Source: Epithemia pelagica (Eukaryota; Protista; Bacillariophyta). Taken from it: a DNA stretch of 64,000 nt. The stretch covers positions 1,860,001 through 1,924,000 of the forward strand of contig OX337237.1 of assembly GCA_946965045.2 (NCBI GenBank), written 5' to 3'. This document shows positions 23,000 to 36,203 of the stretch, in pieces. The translations under genes were made by a program, and so were the position numbers. The notes beneath the pieces were generated by a model, which saw only the letters and a list, made by a program, of their open reading frames with translations, was not told the origin of the DNA and did not search any database. Every line of letters begins with the position of its first letter. The stretch's first letter is position 1.

Positions 23000-23741
23000 A
23001 CTTAGAATACTCGTTAACTTAGATGTAAATACGGTGTGCACGTTGTTAGTTCTCTGTAGGTCAATCTGTCTTGTTGCACGAACGATGCGGAGTTCTCTGT
23101 AGGTCAATCTGTCTTGTTGCACGAACGATGCGGGCCCTCACCTTTTGTACTAGACTAGATTGACTCCTTAGGACATTGCTTTATGCTTTTCCTATTATCA
23201 AAGAAGTGAGATTAATCTAGAGATGAAATGTCGAGTTGCCTTACTGGGACATTGCCTCCTGATCGTGGACATCCTATCTCGGTGTCCCTGGCAATGTCCC
23301 TGGTTATGACAGTCTAAATGCAGTCTTTAGATCATGCTTGATTGTTATATAAAGGTCTATGCGGTCTTAGGTTGTAGTCTTGAGGTGACCTAGATGAACT
23401 CTTTCAATAATGGACTTAGGCTCTAGGTGCCATGACCTTTGCCTAAGCAAAGTGAGATGCCTTGTGGATCGTCAGGCGATACTTACACATGAAACTTCCG
23501 CGAGTCATTCACGAGCTGGCATAGTGTCCCCCAGCACACTATTATTATGGTTTATTGTATGCAGATGGTAGCAGAGCAGCGCCAGCTGCATGCTTCCTCG
23601 CGTAGGTTCGGAACAGATGCTTGCTTCTGCGCATAGAGAAAGATCTACACGTGTAGGTTACACGTGTAGGCTAGGCCTAGCTAAATGACAACTAGACTCC
23701 TAGCTTGACATAAAGAAAGGTAGACTTGCTATGTCTTAACT
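23000..23741 (-). repeat. Element 2 3' LTR (742 bp, includes a 43-bp tandem duplication at about 23049-23133)
   Basis: Matches 32089-32729 with several indels and is preceded by the PPT at 23742-23751. Confidence 0.9.
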
Positions 23742-26700
23742 CTTCCCTTTCATAGATTGATTGGGTAGAATCATGACGTGTCTTGAGGGAGTCGTTTGCC
23801 AGCCTTGATTTAGCTTCCGGCATTTTTCAAATAGCTCTCTATTCTGACATTTAGTCAGATAGTCAGCCTTTTGTTCTTCAGTGTTAACCATGCTAACTTT
23901 TACTCCCCCAGGGTGATCACCCACGTGTTCCCAAAAGAAATGGAGATACGTGTTGAAGTGCTTTGTCCTGGGAGTAAGCCTTTGCTTAGTGGCTAAATAG
24001 TATGCGCCACTATTGTCTTCAAAGACTTCAGCAAAGATGGTCAGTTGCTGAAAGGGAAGCTCTAAATTGTCTAAGAGTTCTTCCACGACTTGCCTAGTAG
24101 CAATCACACTTCGCATAGCTTGGGATAGAGCATGGTACTCAGTTTGGAGAGTACTTAGGGCTACCGAGGATTGCAGCTGAGATTTTCATATTAATGGACA
24201 TCCACAAAGAGTCAAGATGTAGCCAGTCCTTGACTTTGCACTGTTTGGGTTATCTTGATGTTCTCTACCACGTAGCCCAGCAAAGTCGGCATCTACATAA
24301 CAATCTAACTTGAAATCTCTAGAAGGCGTGAAGATCGTTCCCTTGTCGTGAGTTCGGGCCAAATATCGCACAATTGTCTTTACTGCTGATGCATGAGACT
24401 TCTTGGGTGCTGCATTGAACCGAGCTACTTGGGATACAGCGAAAGCTATATCTGGCCTAGTGTTGGTAGCCAGGTAGAGCAACATTCCCACGACTGAACT
24501 ATAATGCCATGTTTCATTCATGGGTTCTCCGTCAGGATCAGTCCCAAGAGCTACTTGCGTGGATGGCGTGCAGTTTGGATTGCAGTCTTCCATACCAGTA
24601 GTCTTAATTATCTTCGCGATAAGTCCCTTTTGTGTCATAGTTATGGATTTGTTTTGGTTTCGTACAAAGTGGATCCCTAGATAGTCCGTGAAATTTCCTT
24701 CTTTCTGTAAGGACAGGCCTTTCTTTTGTAGTCTCTCAATCAGTTCGTCTACTAATTTCATATCAGGGGCACAAACACCACAGTCGACTACCCACAGGAA
24801 TATAATCATATTATCCTTGTATAGTAGACATTCATCATGTTTGCTAGCGACGAATCCGTCTTCCTTTAGAGCTTGGAAGAGATGATTGTACCACAATCTA
24901 GGTGCTGATGACAATCCGTATAAACTTTTCAGCAGTCTTAAGCAGGATCCTTCACCTAGTTCTGATTTGAATCCTCTAGGTAGATGAATCCAGACTGGAT
25001 TTTCAAGCTTCGCTTGTACAAAAGCGTTGTTGAAGTCTATACAGGCTAGTTCCCAGCCTAAAACGAGACTCAGAGTGAGAACGACTCGTATAGTGCTCCA
25101 ATGGACTACTGGAGAGTAGTTCTCTTCTTCAGTGTCTAGCAGATCCCCTCGGACACAATATCTAGCCTTATACTTGGTGATTTCTCCATCAGGAGAGCGC
25201 TTCCTCTTAAATACCCAAGTACCAAGGAGGATCTTCGATGTGGCTTCTTCTTTTGTGACTTCTGTCCATGTCCCTTTGGATTCTAGCTCTCAAATTTCCT
25301 TCTGTGCAGCGGCCTTCCATTTGTCCACATCTTTGTCTTTCATGGCTTCATCATATGACAAGGTGTCATTGTGGTTAATAGATCTTCAGGTACTGCAGAG
25401 GGTTGATAGCTAAGTTTGTCATTTACATTGACTAAATTTCCTTCTTCCTCTATTAGACGCTTAGGTCGGTTGATTGCTCGGCCCGAACGCCTAGTCCTTA
25501 CTACTTCTTGTTTCACGGGTTGAAGTGTTGCCGTTGGCTCCCTCTGAGGAGGTGGTTTCTTCCTCTGAGGTGTAGAAGCGCGGGAAGGACGAGGAGGCAC
25601 AGGTGTCAGAGGCGACCGAAGTCGGCAGACTGACACGGGTGCTGACGGTGAAGGTACGACTTGGGGAGTCCCGATGTGAAGTGGTGCAGGAGATGGAGAG
25701 AGAGAAGGTGTGATAGTAGTTCCTGGCTCAGCGATTGGTGGCGTAGATGGTACGGTCACAGTGTGCTCCCTCTGAGAAAGGGGCGTCAATTCAGGAATTG
25801 GGGGTAGAGTTGGTGAAATTGATGTTGGTTTCTCACGTGGAGCTGAGCGAGGAGTGGTCAGAGGGTAAGATGGAGTTGGTTGGGCCACGGGCATTTGTGT
25901 ATTAGGATGAAGATTTTCCATTGCCCTTGATACAGTTGATTGTCGGTTAATAAAATCGCAAGCATCCATATCGTCAGAGGGTGAATAGTCATTATCCTCT
26001 TCATCTTCGATATATTGCTAGAACGAATCACCGAACAATTTGTGCCAGTCATCAGACATGAAATTGGGCAATTCATCTTCGGAAGTGGCTATAGTGGAAA
26101 ACCAGTCGTCAAAGACCACGTGGAATTGGGGCGTGATGTATCCCGTGTTTGGATTTAGGACTAGAGGGGCTGTGCTAGCATGCTTGCTACTCAATCCCAT
26201 TAAGATACTTCGGGTAGATCGAGGGCGCCAGCGCGGTAACTTCTTGCCATCGGCTATAGTCTTATGCAGTACGTACACGGGACACCCCCACACGTGTAAG
26301 TCGTGGAACTTGCGTTGTTCCCAACGTGTTTTTGTAAAGATATCGAGAGGGCTTATTCCAGTATCGGTACTAGGCACATGATTGTGTAGAAACGTCGCAT
26401 GTGATACTGCCATGGGCCATAGTGTAGTATCAGCCATTTCAGGCCAATGTATAGCCGCATGGAGCATCATAGTACGGGCTATAGACATGATAGTCTGTAT
26501 AGCACGTTCTGCGACTCCCGCATGATGATGTGCCCCTATACCGGCAAACATGTAGAGTTGCGCAAATTCCTGTAGGGATTTAGTGTACGCTTTGGAGGTG
26601 AAGGCGGATCCATTATCAGTTAGACATTGGATGGGCACAACTCCTGTGTCTCTAAAAAATAGTTCAAATGAGTCTTTTACGCGGAGTGTCTCATGTGTAT

Positions 26701-29617
26701 TTAGATGCGTTTGGAACCCTATCCAGGTGTAACTGGATGCATGGTCGACGAATATAGCCCCTCCTGTATACATGTCTTCTGATTTACTTTTGCCTTTTGA
26801 GTCGAATCGGCGTCCGCGCGTGGAACATACAAAGTGATCACCTGAGATACATTTACCCGGAAAAATGTTGTCAGTTATCGTGATTCCATGTCGATCCACA
26901 ACTAGAGAGGATCTTGTTCCTGGTGTGGTTCGTCTCCGTTGCTTGCCATATTGGCATGCTGCACAAAGTGGGAGATCGGTAAGTGTTGAAGCGGCAGAGT
27001 GCAAACGACGTGAGGATTGTGTTGTTGCCAGAATTCCGCTTCTCATCAAAAACTGTACCTTTCTCATTCCGATGTGGCCAAGGCGTTGATGCCATCGGAG
27101 CAGCTCTTTCTGTGCGGCGGAGATATTGTGGTTATTTTCGTTGACGGTGGTGAGAATCGAAGAAAGAGCCTGAGATCCAGTGGCAATGTGTCCATGGTCG
27201 TATCCGTACTACATGGGCAGATTGTTTCTGGGATTGACGAGAACTTGGACGGGTCGATGAGTTTTGTCATGTGGAAGTCCACTCAAGGTAAGTTTTGCTC
27301 CGTTAGAGATCACTGTCTCGCCTGGATACAGTTGAAGCAGGCTTTGAATTGAGAGAAATCTCACTTTTGCTTTTGGCACTAACAGAGCAGGAAGTTTCAA
27401 GCTTCGTAACATTCCTTCAGTGTCCATGACAGTCCAGAGGACTGTTCCTTTTCCTTGAACCTTCATCTTGTTTGCGATTCCTTTTATCTTGAGATTCGAA
27501 GGTGGCTTCATTAACTCAACAAAATCTTCCGTTCGGAAAGTAATGGAGATGCTGGCTCCTGAGTCCCAGATGATGGGATAGGATGCTTCAGAAGGCATCG
27601 AATTGCGGAACTTGTCTGGTGCTTGGAGAGCGGCCCTTAGAGCCATATCCTCTTTCAATTCGCAGTCGGAGTTCTTCGTCATGGTTGATGTGGTTTGCTC
27701 AAGGCCGGCAACGCAAGCGGTCATTCCAATCAACTTGTCGTTGTCTGTTTTGTTGCTGCGTCGCAATTTGTAGAATTTGGGGATTGAGTTTGCGGTGTTG
27801 GCCAAATGAGCATTCTCACGACGGTCACTTGTTTTCGTGTTTTTAGTGGTCTGTTCCCGATGAGAGTGTTTCATCGGGATCGATGTCTTCTGCGCAGGAG
27901 CAGATGACTGGGATGAGCGACGGCAAGGGGAGAAAGCCGAACGCGGAATGGAGTTGGATGTGGTTGGTGATGGAGTGACGGATGGCTGTGGCGGCGGATT
28001 GCTTCGGTCAGGTGTTGCTGGATTCACTGGTCGAAAGCGATCACGGAAGTGTTTTCGGTGGCATCGACAGTGGCGTTGAAAGGAGAGCCGACTAGATGGT
28101 CGTGGTCCAACGCTGTGGTGTCGATGCATGGCCGATGCTTCTCCATCTCGAAGGTGGCTCCAGCGATAAGCAAGACCCAAAGTCAAAATATCCAATAATT
28201 TGCGCACTGACACAACAATCAAACGACCGAGGAGCCAAGCATACGGTTCTTCTGGCCGAGTGGAGTGGGTCCATACCCAACTGTGACGGCGGAGTGGTCG
28301 GGGGCGTGGTGCGGCAACACGGACCGGGGCATGGTGCGTTGGTAGTGGATTGTGATGAGGGGAAACAACAATGCACATAGTCCAACACACAATCCACGAC
28401 AGGATGGTTGGTTGACATGAGGGATGAGTGAGAAGGGCGGTCGCAAAACATCCCAGTCCATTAGTGAAATGAAGGAATCCTTGAACAAAGTGTTGGTAGC
28501 TTGTTGTAAAATAGTTTAACCCATCATAGTAAACGGCCAAACTTGTTTCAGCTGCAGTAGCGGTTGGTAAAAGCCAAAGGATCACTGGTAGGATGAGGGG
28601 TAGGCCCATCAAAGCCGCAAACAAAAGGTGGAGATGATTGGTCGTCCAAAAGGTGGTTGCGTGGCCGTGCGTGTGGAGAGTGCCGGCTGGCGTTGAACGG
28701 TTCCCCCATTGGTCCCCAAAGTGACTGTGATAGAATGAAGTATAGTTCACTTCCACGTGAGTTCCTACCAGGGACTCCTCTACTGATTGGGTCACAGTGG
28801 CCTCAGAAGAGGAGGTTTTACCTTCTTCGTCGGAAGTCGATTCATTTCCGTCGTTTCCTGAAGTTTGTGAAGCCGACGACATGCTGCTTGCGCCGTCAAA
28901 AGCAGCATGGTGACAGGAAGGACTGTCTTGCCATCCATGTCCTCTTGTTTCGGTGTCGGAAGCATCTCGTTCAGCATCGGTTGGTACATACCAACGATGG
29001 AGATTGCCAGACGGTGAGTACAAAGAGGTGGACATTGTGTCATCTGTGGATGACGTCGTTGCAATTTCTTTTCTATTCTCACTCGTTGATGCATGTGTTG
29101 AAACAGAGGGGTGAAGCCAATCGGGTTGTGGTTGACTCGCAAGAGACGGTGGTTGAGCAATGGTGGGCATCCCCAAGAAGAATGGTGATGGGTTGGGATG
29201 ACCTGGGATCTTGGTACCGTCGATGTACCACCCCATGGTCCATTCTTCTTGGCAAACACAGTGGTAGGCGTCTTCAATGGTAAGTTGTGGTTCCTGCCAA
29301 GTGCTCGCATGTTGGATCATGGCAGCTCGATGATATCTCATTCCTTCTCGTTTTGCCTTGGCTACCTGCTCGGTTATGGTTGGAACAGGTGGATGGAAAG
29401 GCATCAGGGTCGGAACGTCAGAGTCGGAGGACGCAGACAAAAGATGGGTGATGCCAGGGCTGGCGACAGAACGAATGGGTGAGATGTCGGGCCACTCATG
29501 AGCCAAGGTGCCGCTGTTCAATTGTTGCAGCACGGTAGTTGGGTCGACGGCCGACGACACAGAGTCAAGCGACGACACAGAGTCAAGAGAGAGGTGGTTC
29601 CTGCCAAGTGCTCGCAT
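23736..29617 (-). pseudogene. pol: Element 2 pol (hydrophobic region, PR, IN, RT, RNase H), inactivated
   Basis: Motifs IIWDSGASISI; WHQRLGH..CAACQYGK; SGDHF/TDNG/VAERAI; GTWVFKRK..ARYCVRG; YVDADFA; FEDNSG; QKADYLTK. The RT active site reads WVVD instead of WVDD. In-frame stops at 26018 and 24186, frameshifts near 27210 and 25400. Confidence 0.95.
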
Positions 29618-31898
29618 GTTGGATCATGGCAGCTCGATGATATCTCATTCCTTCACGTTTTGCCTTGGCGCTACCATGGTCAATTGACTCTTTCTCCTGG
29701 CTAGTTGACTCGTTGTCATCTTTGTCTTGGTTGTCTGTGGCTTGGTTCTCACTGTTTGTGTCTTTCTTGCTCATGCCTTTATCGTAAAAGACAAAGCAAA
29801 AGTCGCGGAAGGAATTGTCTTCTAGGCGAAGGCAGAGTGCCTCGTCAATTGGCAATTTGCCAAGCGCTTCTTCGACTCCTTCGCCATCGGCCACGACAAC
29901 AAAGATGGGATTGTCCGTCTTGGGGCTTTGGAAAGTGTAAAAGCCGCCTTCACAATCATTTGGATCCTTGGTGCAATATGTATCAATCAACACAGTCATA
30001 TCGTCATAAACGCTGTCCAAGTCGTCGTCGTCACTGTCACTTACAACCTCAGTCAATTTGCAGGATGGAGGGCAATGGATCGATTCTTGACGTGTCCTTG
30101 GAATGAGCGCAGGTAAATTGGCGAAACTGTCATCGTCGTCACTATCCAACAATCCACCGTCATGCCAGTCAAAATCGAGTTCGGCCTGCCATGCCGAGGG
30201 GTCGATCTCGAGGCAATTGGCTTTATTGGCGCCTCGGGATTCCCTGTTGGTTGGACGCTTATTGTCCTTTCCTTTCTTCTTGTTGTTATACCCAACAACA
30301 TGCTCGCTGGTCTTGTGGGTGGTGTTCCATCGCTTGCACTTCCCACACCAGTAGAACTTGGTTCCGTCCATCATTCGTTCATCGGATGCCCCTGGAGCAG
30401 GAGGTTGGTTCTTCCAATGGGAGGCACGATCGGGCTGGTAACGTTCTTTCTTTTTGTTGCTTTTGTTGTTTTTGTTGTGTTCTCCCCTTTTGCCAGCGCG
30501 ATTGTGCTCTTTTCCTTTGTTGTGCCGAGGAAATCCCATTGGTCCCCCACTTGGACCATTGGTCTGACCTCGCCTTGCTTGGAGTTGTTGGACCAAAGCA
30601 TTGATGGATGCTTGGTCCAGACGAGTGGGTGTGCCATTCCATCCATCGGTAATGGCTTGGTGACCGCCGAAGGAGGCAGGAGGTGCCTTGGAGTCACTCA
30701 AATTTGATTTTGCCGACCACTCACCCTGCTTGAGAGCCACTAGATACCGATTGTTGGCCTCTTCAGTCACATGAGTGTAGAGGAGGCGATTGGTACCCAT
30801 GTAAGTGTCGGCCACGGACTTATCCATGAACCTAATGTGCTCAACCGCTTCTTGTACATTCTTGTTCAGGGTTAGGAGAGCGAACTTGGGAGTCTCCGGC
30901 CATTTAGCCTTGAGTATATTCTTCAAAAGGCTAGCTGTGAGCGTGTGTTCATAGAGTCCTGCGGCGGACAGACAACGCGCTTTGGTCGCAAAATCCTTGG
31001 TGAGTAACGTGATGTCGTGACCCGGATATTTGTGCGGAATCAACGCGCGCATCTCACTTTTCACGGACTCCCAGTGTTCTATAGAGTCGTCGGTGATGAT
31101 CCTCACGATGACCATGAAGAGTTTGGGGAATGTCTTCGCATCCCTGCTCTGGTCTTCAAACTCCCGTCGGAAATCTTTCTCGAGTGAATCCAGTAAGTAG
31201 TCCCTTGCGCTCGCGTCGTTATTTCGATCATATTTGTCATACTTATCAACTTGCTCTTCCATGCTTTCTTTGACTTTGACATGGGTAAACTTCGGATGAT
31301 CGATGACAATGTCGAGCATTACTTTCGAGTCCTTCGGGTCCTGGAGATAGGCAATGGTATCCATACCATGCTTCTCCATGTGGCGAACCAATTCGTCTTG
31401 GAGACGGGAGAAATCTCCAGTTCGCTTATCAAACTTGTCGTCCGAGCCGGAGATTCTCTCGGAGTACTTTTTATCGGTGAGTGTCCTCAGCTGGAGGCTT
31501 CGTAGTGGCTCCTTTGCTGCCGAATTGTCTAAGTCACTCCAATCTTCCTTTGGCTTGCCACCCGTCCACACAACAAACTTGTTGCTACGACTCTGGATGA
31601 CTCCGCCCATTTTGGGTTTGGTGGGCATAAAAATGTCCGAGTACGTCTTGTCCTTGTCTCCTTCGTCGCTCATCTTGTCGTTGGAGTTGGTGTCGGACGC
31701 GTTTTCTTCTTCCTCGTCACTGGAACTCAACAATTCGTCGTCGCTCCAATGGTTTGAGTCTTTGTCTCCATTGTTTTCCGAACCAACAATCTCCTCGGGT
31801 GGATTTGTTTCGGTTGGATTGTTGTTGGCGCCTTGTTGTTGGCGCCTTGTTGTTCGGTTTGGTCTTGTTCCTCTTCGATGTTGGGATCTGCAACCCAA
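29583..31898 (-). CDS. gag: Element 2 gag ORF (771 aa) with CX2CX6HX4H knuckle
   Basis: Reads VVWTGGKP..HGMDTIAYL..KWPETPKF..WCGKCKRWNTTHKTSEH. Its last about 75 bp duplicate 29290-29365. Confidence 0.88.
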   Translation of the reverse strand: MGCRSQHRRGTRPNRTTRRQQQGANNNPTETNPPEEIVGSENNGDKDSNHWSDDELLSSSDEEEENASDTNSNDKMSDEGDKDKTYSDIFMPTKPKMGGVIQSRSNKFVVWTGGKPKEDWSDLDNSAAKEPLRSLQLRTLTDKKYSERISGSDDKFDKRTGDFSRLQDELVRHMEKHGMDTIAYLQDPKDSKVMLDIVIDHPKFTHVKVKESMEEQVDKYDKYDRNNDASARDYLLDSLEKDFRREFEDQSRDAKTFPKLFMVIVRIITDDSIEHWESVKSEMRALIPHKYPGHDITLLTKDFATKARCLSAAGLYEHTLTASLLKNILKAKWPETPKFALLTLNKNVQEAVEHIRFMDKSVADTYMGTNRLLYTHVTEEANNRYLVALKQGEWSAKSNLSDSKAPPASFGGHQAITDGWNGTPTRLDQASINALVQQLQARRGQTNGPSGGPMGFPRHNKGKEHNRAGKRGEHNKNNKSNKKKERYQPDRASHWKNQPPAPGASDERMMDGTKFYWCGKCKRWNTTHKTSEHVVGYNNKKKGKDNKRPTNRESRGANKANCLEIDPSAWQAELDFDWHDGGLLDSDDDDSFANLPALIPRTRQESIHCPPSCKLTEVVSDSDDDDLDSVYDDMTVLIDTYCTKDPNDCEGGFYTFQSPKTDNPIFVVVADGEGVEEALGKLPIDEALCLRLEDNSFRDFCFVFYDKGMSKKDTNSENQATDNQDKDDNESTSQEKESIDHGSAKAKREGMRYHRAAMIQHASTWQEPPLS

Positions 31899-32088
31899 TC
31901 GAAGCTTCCGTAGCCACTTGCGGTGGGTGACACTTCGTCCGCCGTCTTGGGCTATTGCTGGGGTGACTGCTCAGGTCACCGCTTGCTTGATGTCGACTTG
32001 GTAGGACTTGGTCGTCCTTGAGCTCTCTTTCTTGATATCTTGTTGCAGCTGAAGCGTTTTGGTCGGTTAGCCTTGCTTTGGGCTCACT

Positions 32089-32729
32089 GTGTTAGTTCTT
32101 TGTAGGTCAATCTGTTTTGTTGCACGAACAATGCGGGCCCTCACCTTTTGTACTAGACTAGATTGACTCCTTAGGACGTTGCTTTATGCTTTTCCTATTA
32201 TCAAAGAAGTGAGATTAATCTAGAGATGAAATGTCGAGTGGTTGCCTTACTTGGACATTGCCTCCTGATCGTGGACATCCTATGTCCCTGGTTATGACTG
32301 TCTAAATGCAGTCTTTAGATCATGCTTGATTGTTATATAAAGGTCTATGCGGTCTTAGGTTGTAGTCTTGAGGTGACCTAGATGACCTCTTTCAATAATG
32401 GACTTAGGCTCTAGGTGCCATGACCTTCGCCTAAGTAAAGTGAGATGCCTTGTGGATCGTCAGGCGATACTTGCACATGAAACTTCCGCAAGTCATTCAC
32501 GAGCTGGCATAGTGTCCCCCAGCACACTATTATTATGGTTTATTGTATGCAGATGGCAGCAGAGCAGCGCCAGCTGCATGCTTCCTCGCGTAGGTTCGGA
32601 ACAGATGCTTGCTTCTGCGCATAGAGGAAGATCTACACGTGTAGATTACACGTGTAGGCTAGGCCTAGCTAAAAGACGACTAGACTCCTAGCTTGACATA
32701 TAGACAGGTAGACTTGCTATGTCTTAACT
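32089..32729 (-). repeat. Element 2 5' LTR, with the U5 end and start of the PBS deleted
   Basis: The junction gggctcact|gtgttag at about 32088 lacks about 55 bp that are present at about 22996-23046. Confidence 0.88.
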
Positions 32730-32766
32730 GTACATTCATTAGTACAAGCCTTAAAAGAAGACGGTT

Positions 32767-33150
32767 TCACACAGAGCAACCACGACGAATGCCTCTTATG
32801 CAAGTCTGGTAGACTTGGTAAGCCTTGAGAATATACAAGTCCACAAAATGCCACACAGTCACATAAAGATGATTTTCCTTCCGTCGGCATGCGTTGGATG
32901 CGTTGGTGGATCGCATCTGGTCCACCCTGTCTACACCATTCATAAACAGGTTGTATGTCACGACGGGGGCAGGGACCGTAAAGGATTGTTTGTTACATTT
33001 CTCTGATGTACCGAATGACTCTGGAGGTACACAAATTTGGAAAGGTTCTGGTCTAATGGAGGCCTATAATCGCACAATGAATCATCTTCCTTCAATTATT
33101 GAAACAAGCAATTCCTTTTTCATGTAATCTTGCCAGCAACTGTGCTGACA
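32767..33150 (-). mobile_element. piggyBac-like transposase relic (third catalytic Asp region)
   Basis: PAPVVTYNLFMNGVDRVDQMRS..RRKE..VDLYILKAYQVY matches the YN..MGGVD..DQ..R..LD..I.NAY..Y motif of DDE_Tnp_1_7. Confidence 0.7.
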
Positions 33151-33750
33151 TGTGTGTAATGAATCTGTATTTGATTATCCTCTGTCTCAAAATACAATGA
33201 TCACTTGTTCACGTTGTTGCCAATAAATGCTCATGGAGTACTTCATCATCAGACACTTCCTGGCTGTCATCTCTCCCAAAACCTTGGGGATGTATTAATT
33301 TATGAGGTATTGTAGGCAGCCTGTTCCATTGTAGTACTAAGTTTGTGTTATTTGTAATCAATTGTATTATAACATTTAAGACATTCAGAATAATCAAGTT
33401 CCTTCATTTGAATATGCTCTTAATCAGTACAAAGTCTTGTGAACATGTAACAGGATAGTTTGTGACAAAGGGAACAGAGGCATTACTTTCTCTAGATTTT
33501 TAGGATTTGCCCTTGGTTAGTATTCGTAGTCGCACTATGGGGCCAAAGGTCAAGATCGGCCCACTGAAGTAATGGCCAGGCTCGAAATTTATTGTCCTGC
33601 GCTTTTTCCACCAGCCACCCGCGCCTGCCCTTCCAATCACCGTACAATCAAATTCAAACCATTTCTCCGCCTTTGTGATGTCCTATCTAATCTATCCGTA
33701 CCTAAGATTTGCCTAATACTTGAGTACACTTTGGTACTATTTTGACGTAA

Positions 33751-34203
33751 CTATGTCGTGTCCTTCCGAGTTGCGTTGATCTTGTGGCTTTTGTTGAAAA
33801 ACATCTCCATCCTCGTCTGGATTGTTGTTTTGTTTTCATCCACCTTCCTCGGAGGGTATCGAGCTGCGTGATACAGTCCATAGTAAAGCATGATGGTTCC
33901 ATCCTTGATCTCATCCACTGCTGTCACGCGATCGTTGTGAGAGTCTTCTTTGTCATCGTCCTGCTTTGTTGCATCCACTCGGCCCGTCTTCGAAATACGT
34001 TCGTATTTCGCAATCATCTCCATCCTCTTAGCCTCGTCCTTCTCTGCATACACATCCAAAGGCTCTTCTTCGTCACTGTCATCACTATCCGACATGTTCA
34101 TCCGTAGGATCTTGTCGAATGTCTTCACAGAGGAGTCGTCATCCATTTGGTTGTTGCTTTTTTTGACTGTCTCCACTATTTCTTCTATCATTTCCTCCAT
34201 CAT
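33751..34203 (-). CDS. Acidic hypothetical protein or fragment (150 aa)
   Basis: Open frame with a natural D/E/K-rich composition; no family recognised. Confidence 0.35.
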   Translation of the reverse strand: MMEEMIEEIVETVKKSNNQMDDDSSVKTFDKILRMNMSDSDDSDEEEPLDVYAEKDEAKRMEMIAKYERISKTGRVDATKQDDDKEDSHNDRVTAVDEIKDGTIMLYYGLYHAARYPPRKVDENKTTIQTRMEMFFNKSHKINATRKDTT

Positions 34204-34432
34204 CTCCTCTTGTAGGGCTTAATAGAACCCATGGAGATAATCTGTCGGTGCTCCTTCCTCATCGTCCTGGAGGATGGTTGCATTAACGCCGTCAAGTAGC
34301 TGCCGGGGGTCCGCCATGGTCGACTCCGCTTTTTTCTTCGTCTTTCGGCTCCAACCATATGTCCACCCTCCAACCCTGATTCTTACATGCTGGCTGACTC
34401 TTGTCGACTCGGTGAGTCTGCCGGGCGAGCTC

Positions 34433-34631
34433 CTGTATCCCTATGTATTCCATTCGTTTGACTTAAAATCCTAACTGGAATGGTAACTAAAGACCTAATA
34501 CGTATTAGGTTACTTATCGAAAATATCCGTCCGTACGTTCTCACTATATCTTTCCTACGTCGTGACTGTATCCCTATGTATTCCATTTGTTTGACTTAAA
34601 ATTCTAACTGGAATGGTTATTAAAGACCTAA
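34433..34631. repeat. Direct repeat, 2 x about 66 bp
   Basis: ctgtatccctatgtattccatt(c/t)gtttgacttaaaat(c/t)ctaactggaatgg..taaagaccta at 34433 and 34566. Confidence 0.88.
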
Positions 34632-35172
34632 ATGATGAACCCATCATCTTCGACATTTTTAATATGGTCTTCCATGTCACATACACAAAGATTTAAGAAT
34701 TTCAATTCTTTCACAATTTCGAGAAGCATGCCTTGTGTCTCATCCCTGACGGTATCATCCCGTGTACGTGTACGATAATGGTGTGAAGAGTGGGAGGGAA
34801 TCTCGGAGGGAATTTCATTTGGAGTAGGCGACTCGTGTGACAGTGAATCATTATTTTGGTGATCTTCCTCGGTGTCTTCTGTAGATTCGGTTTCTTCAAT
34901 TTTGTTGACATTCCTTTTAGCTTGGTTGATAATGTACTCGTTACAGAACACCTGGTAGAATGGATTTGTCTGTACACTGGTCCGCGCTGCTCTGATTTCT
35001 GTCCATCTGCAAATTGGAGTGTCACACGCTTCCTGGATCCAATGGACTCTGGAACACGAGTGACCCACCCCAGGTAGTTCTTGCGACTGGAGGACCTAGA
35101 GTTCACCACCACGATATCACCAATATTCCACATATACACGATCCCTGCCACAGGATTCACTGACCGATTCAT
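34628..35172 (-). pseudogene. Hypothetical gene fragment, frameshifted; the N-terminal part could be an SH3/Tudor-like barrel
   Basis: Overlapping ORFs 34711-35172 and 34628-35068. WNIGDIVVV..YLGWVTRV..VTLQFADG has the GD.V / G.V / V.F.DG pattern. Confidence 0.3.
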
Positions 35173-35549
35173 GACAGATCGAGGAACAACGCTAAATTTT
35201 GTTATCGATTTGGTCCTTTATGGCGATAATGCAACCTGTATGGCGATCATATCTGGCGATATCGCTAGTTATAATTAACATGTTGTCGTCTATTTATGCG
35301 AGGGACTACTATTGTCCAGACCAAACTACTACTACAACTACTACTAACTCCATACCAGACTGTGTAGGTAGTTCGTCTCACATTTCTATACTACAGTGGG
35401 AATTTTTTGTACAACCGGGAAGTAGTTTCGTGCGAGTCGCGCGGTTTCCCCCTCGTGTGTGACACTTGTGCGACACTTGTGTGACACTTTGTGACATGGC
35501 TTCCAGGAATTTCTCACTACCTACACAGCTTGATAGGGAGTAAGTTTAC

Positions 35550-35723
35550 TACTTCCCTATGTCTGGCCGTCCTCTCGCGTCGGGCGCGCCCGGCTTGTCG
35601 GGAGAATGACTCGACGGGCAATTGTCTTGTCGGGCGTGCGCCCTCCTCGACCATTGCCCTCCTCGTCATTCTACCCTCCGCGCCGGGCGGTCCCTCCTTG
35701 AAAGGACTCGACACCGGAAAGTA
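35550..35723. mobile_element. Candidate GC-rich MITE-like element with TACTT(C/T)CC termini
   Basis: Starts tacttccc and ends ggaaagta. Its right 70 bp recur inverted at 37810-37879 (67/70 identical), and a further ccgggaagta end motif lies at 35415-35424. Confidence 0.4.
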
Positions 35724-35724
35724 T

Positions 35725-36203
<479 letters not shown>

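Larger units (their letters stand above)
22942..32729 (-). mobile_element. Element 2: decayed Ty1/copia LTR retrotransposon related to Element 1
   Basis: LTRs at 32089-32729 and 23000-23741 both start agttaagacatagc on the minus strand, with PPT gaaagggaag and a gag-PR-IN-RT-RH region collinear with Element 1. A candidate TSD GTACA lies at 22937-22941 and 32730-32734. The left boundary is uncertain (22942, 22949 or 23000). Confidence 0.93.

Noticed and set aside
29290-29670. Programmed frameshift between gag and pol in Element 2
   Set aside because: The ORF break coincides with a duplication of about 75 bp and local rearrangement. Element 1 has this segment only once, so this is decay.
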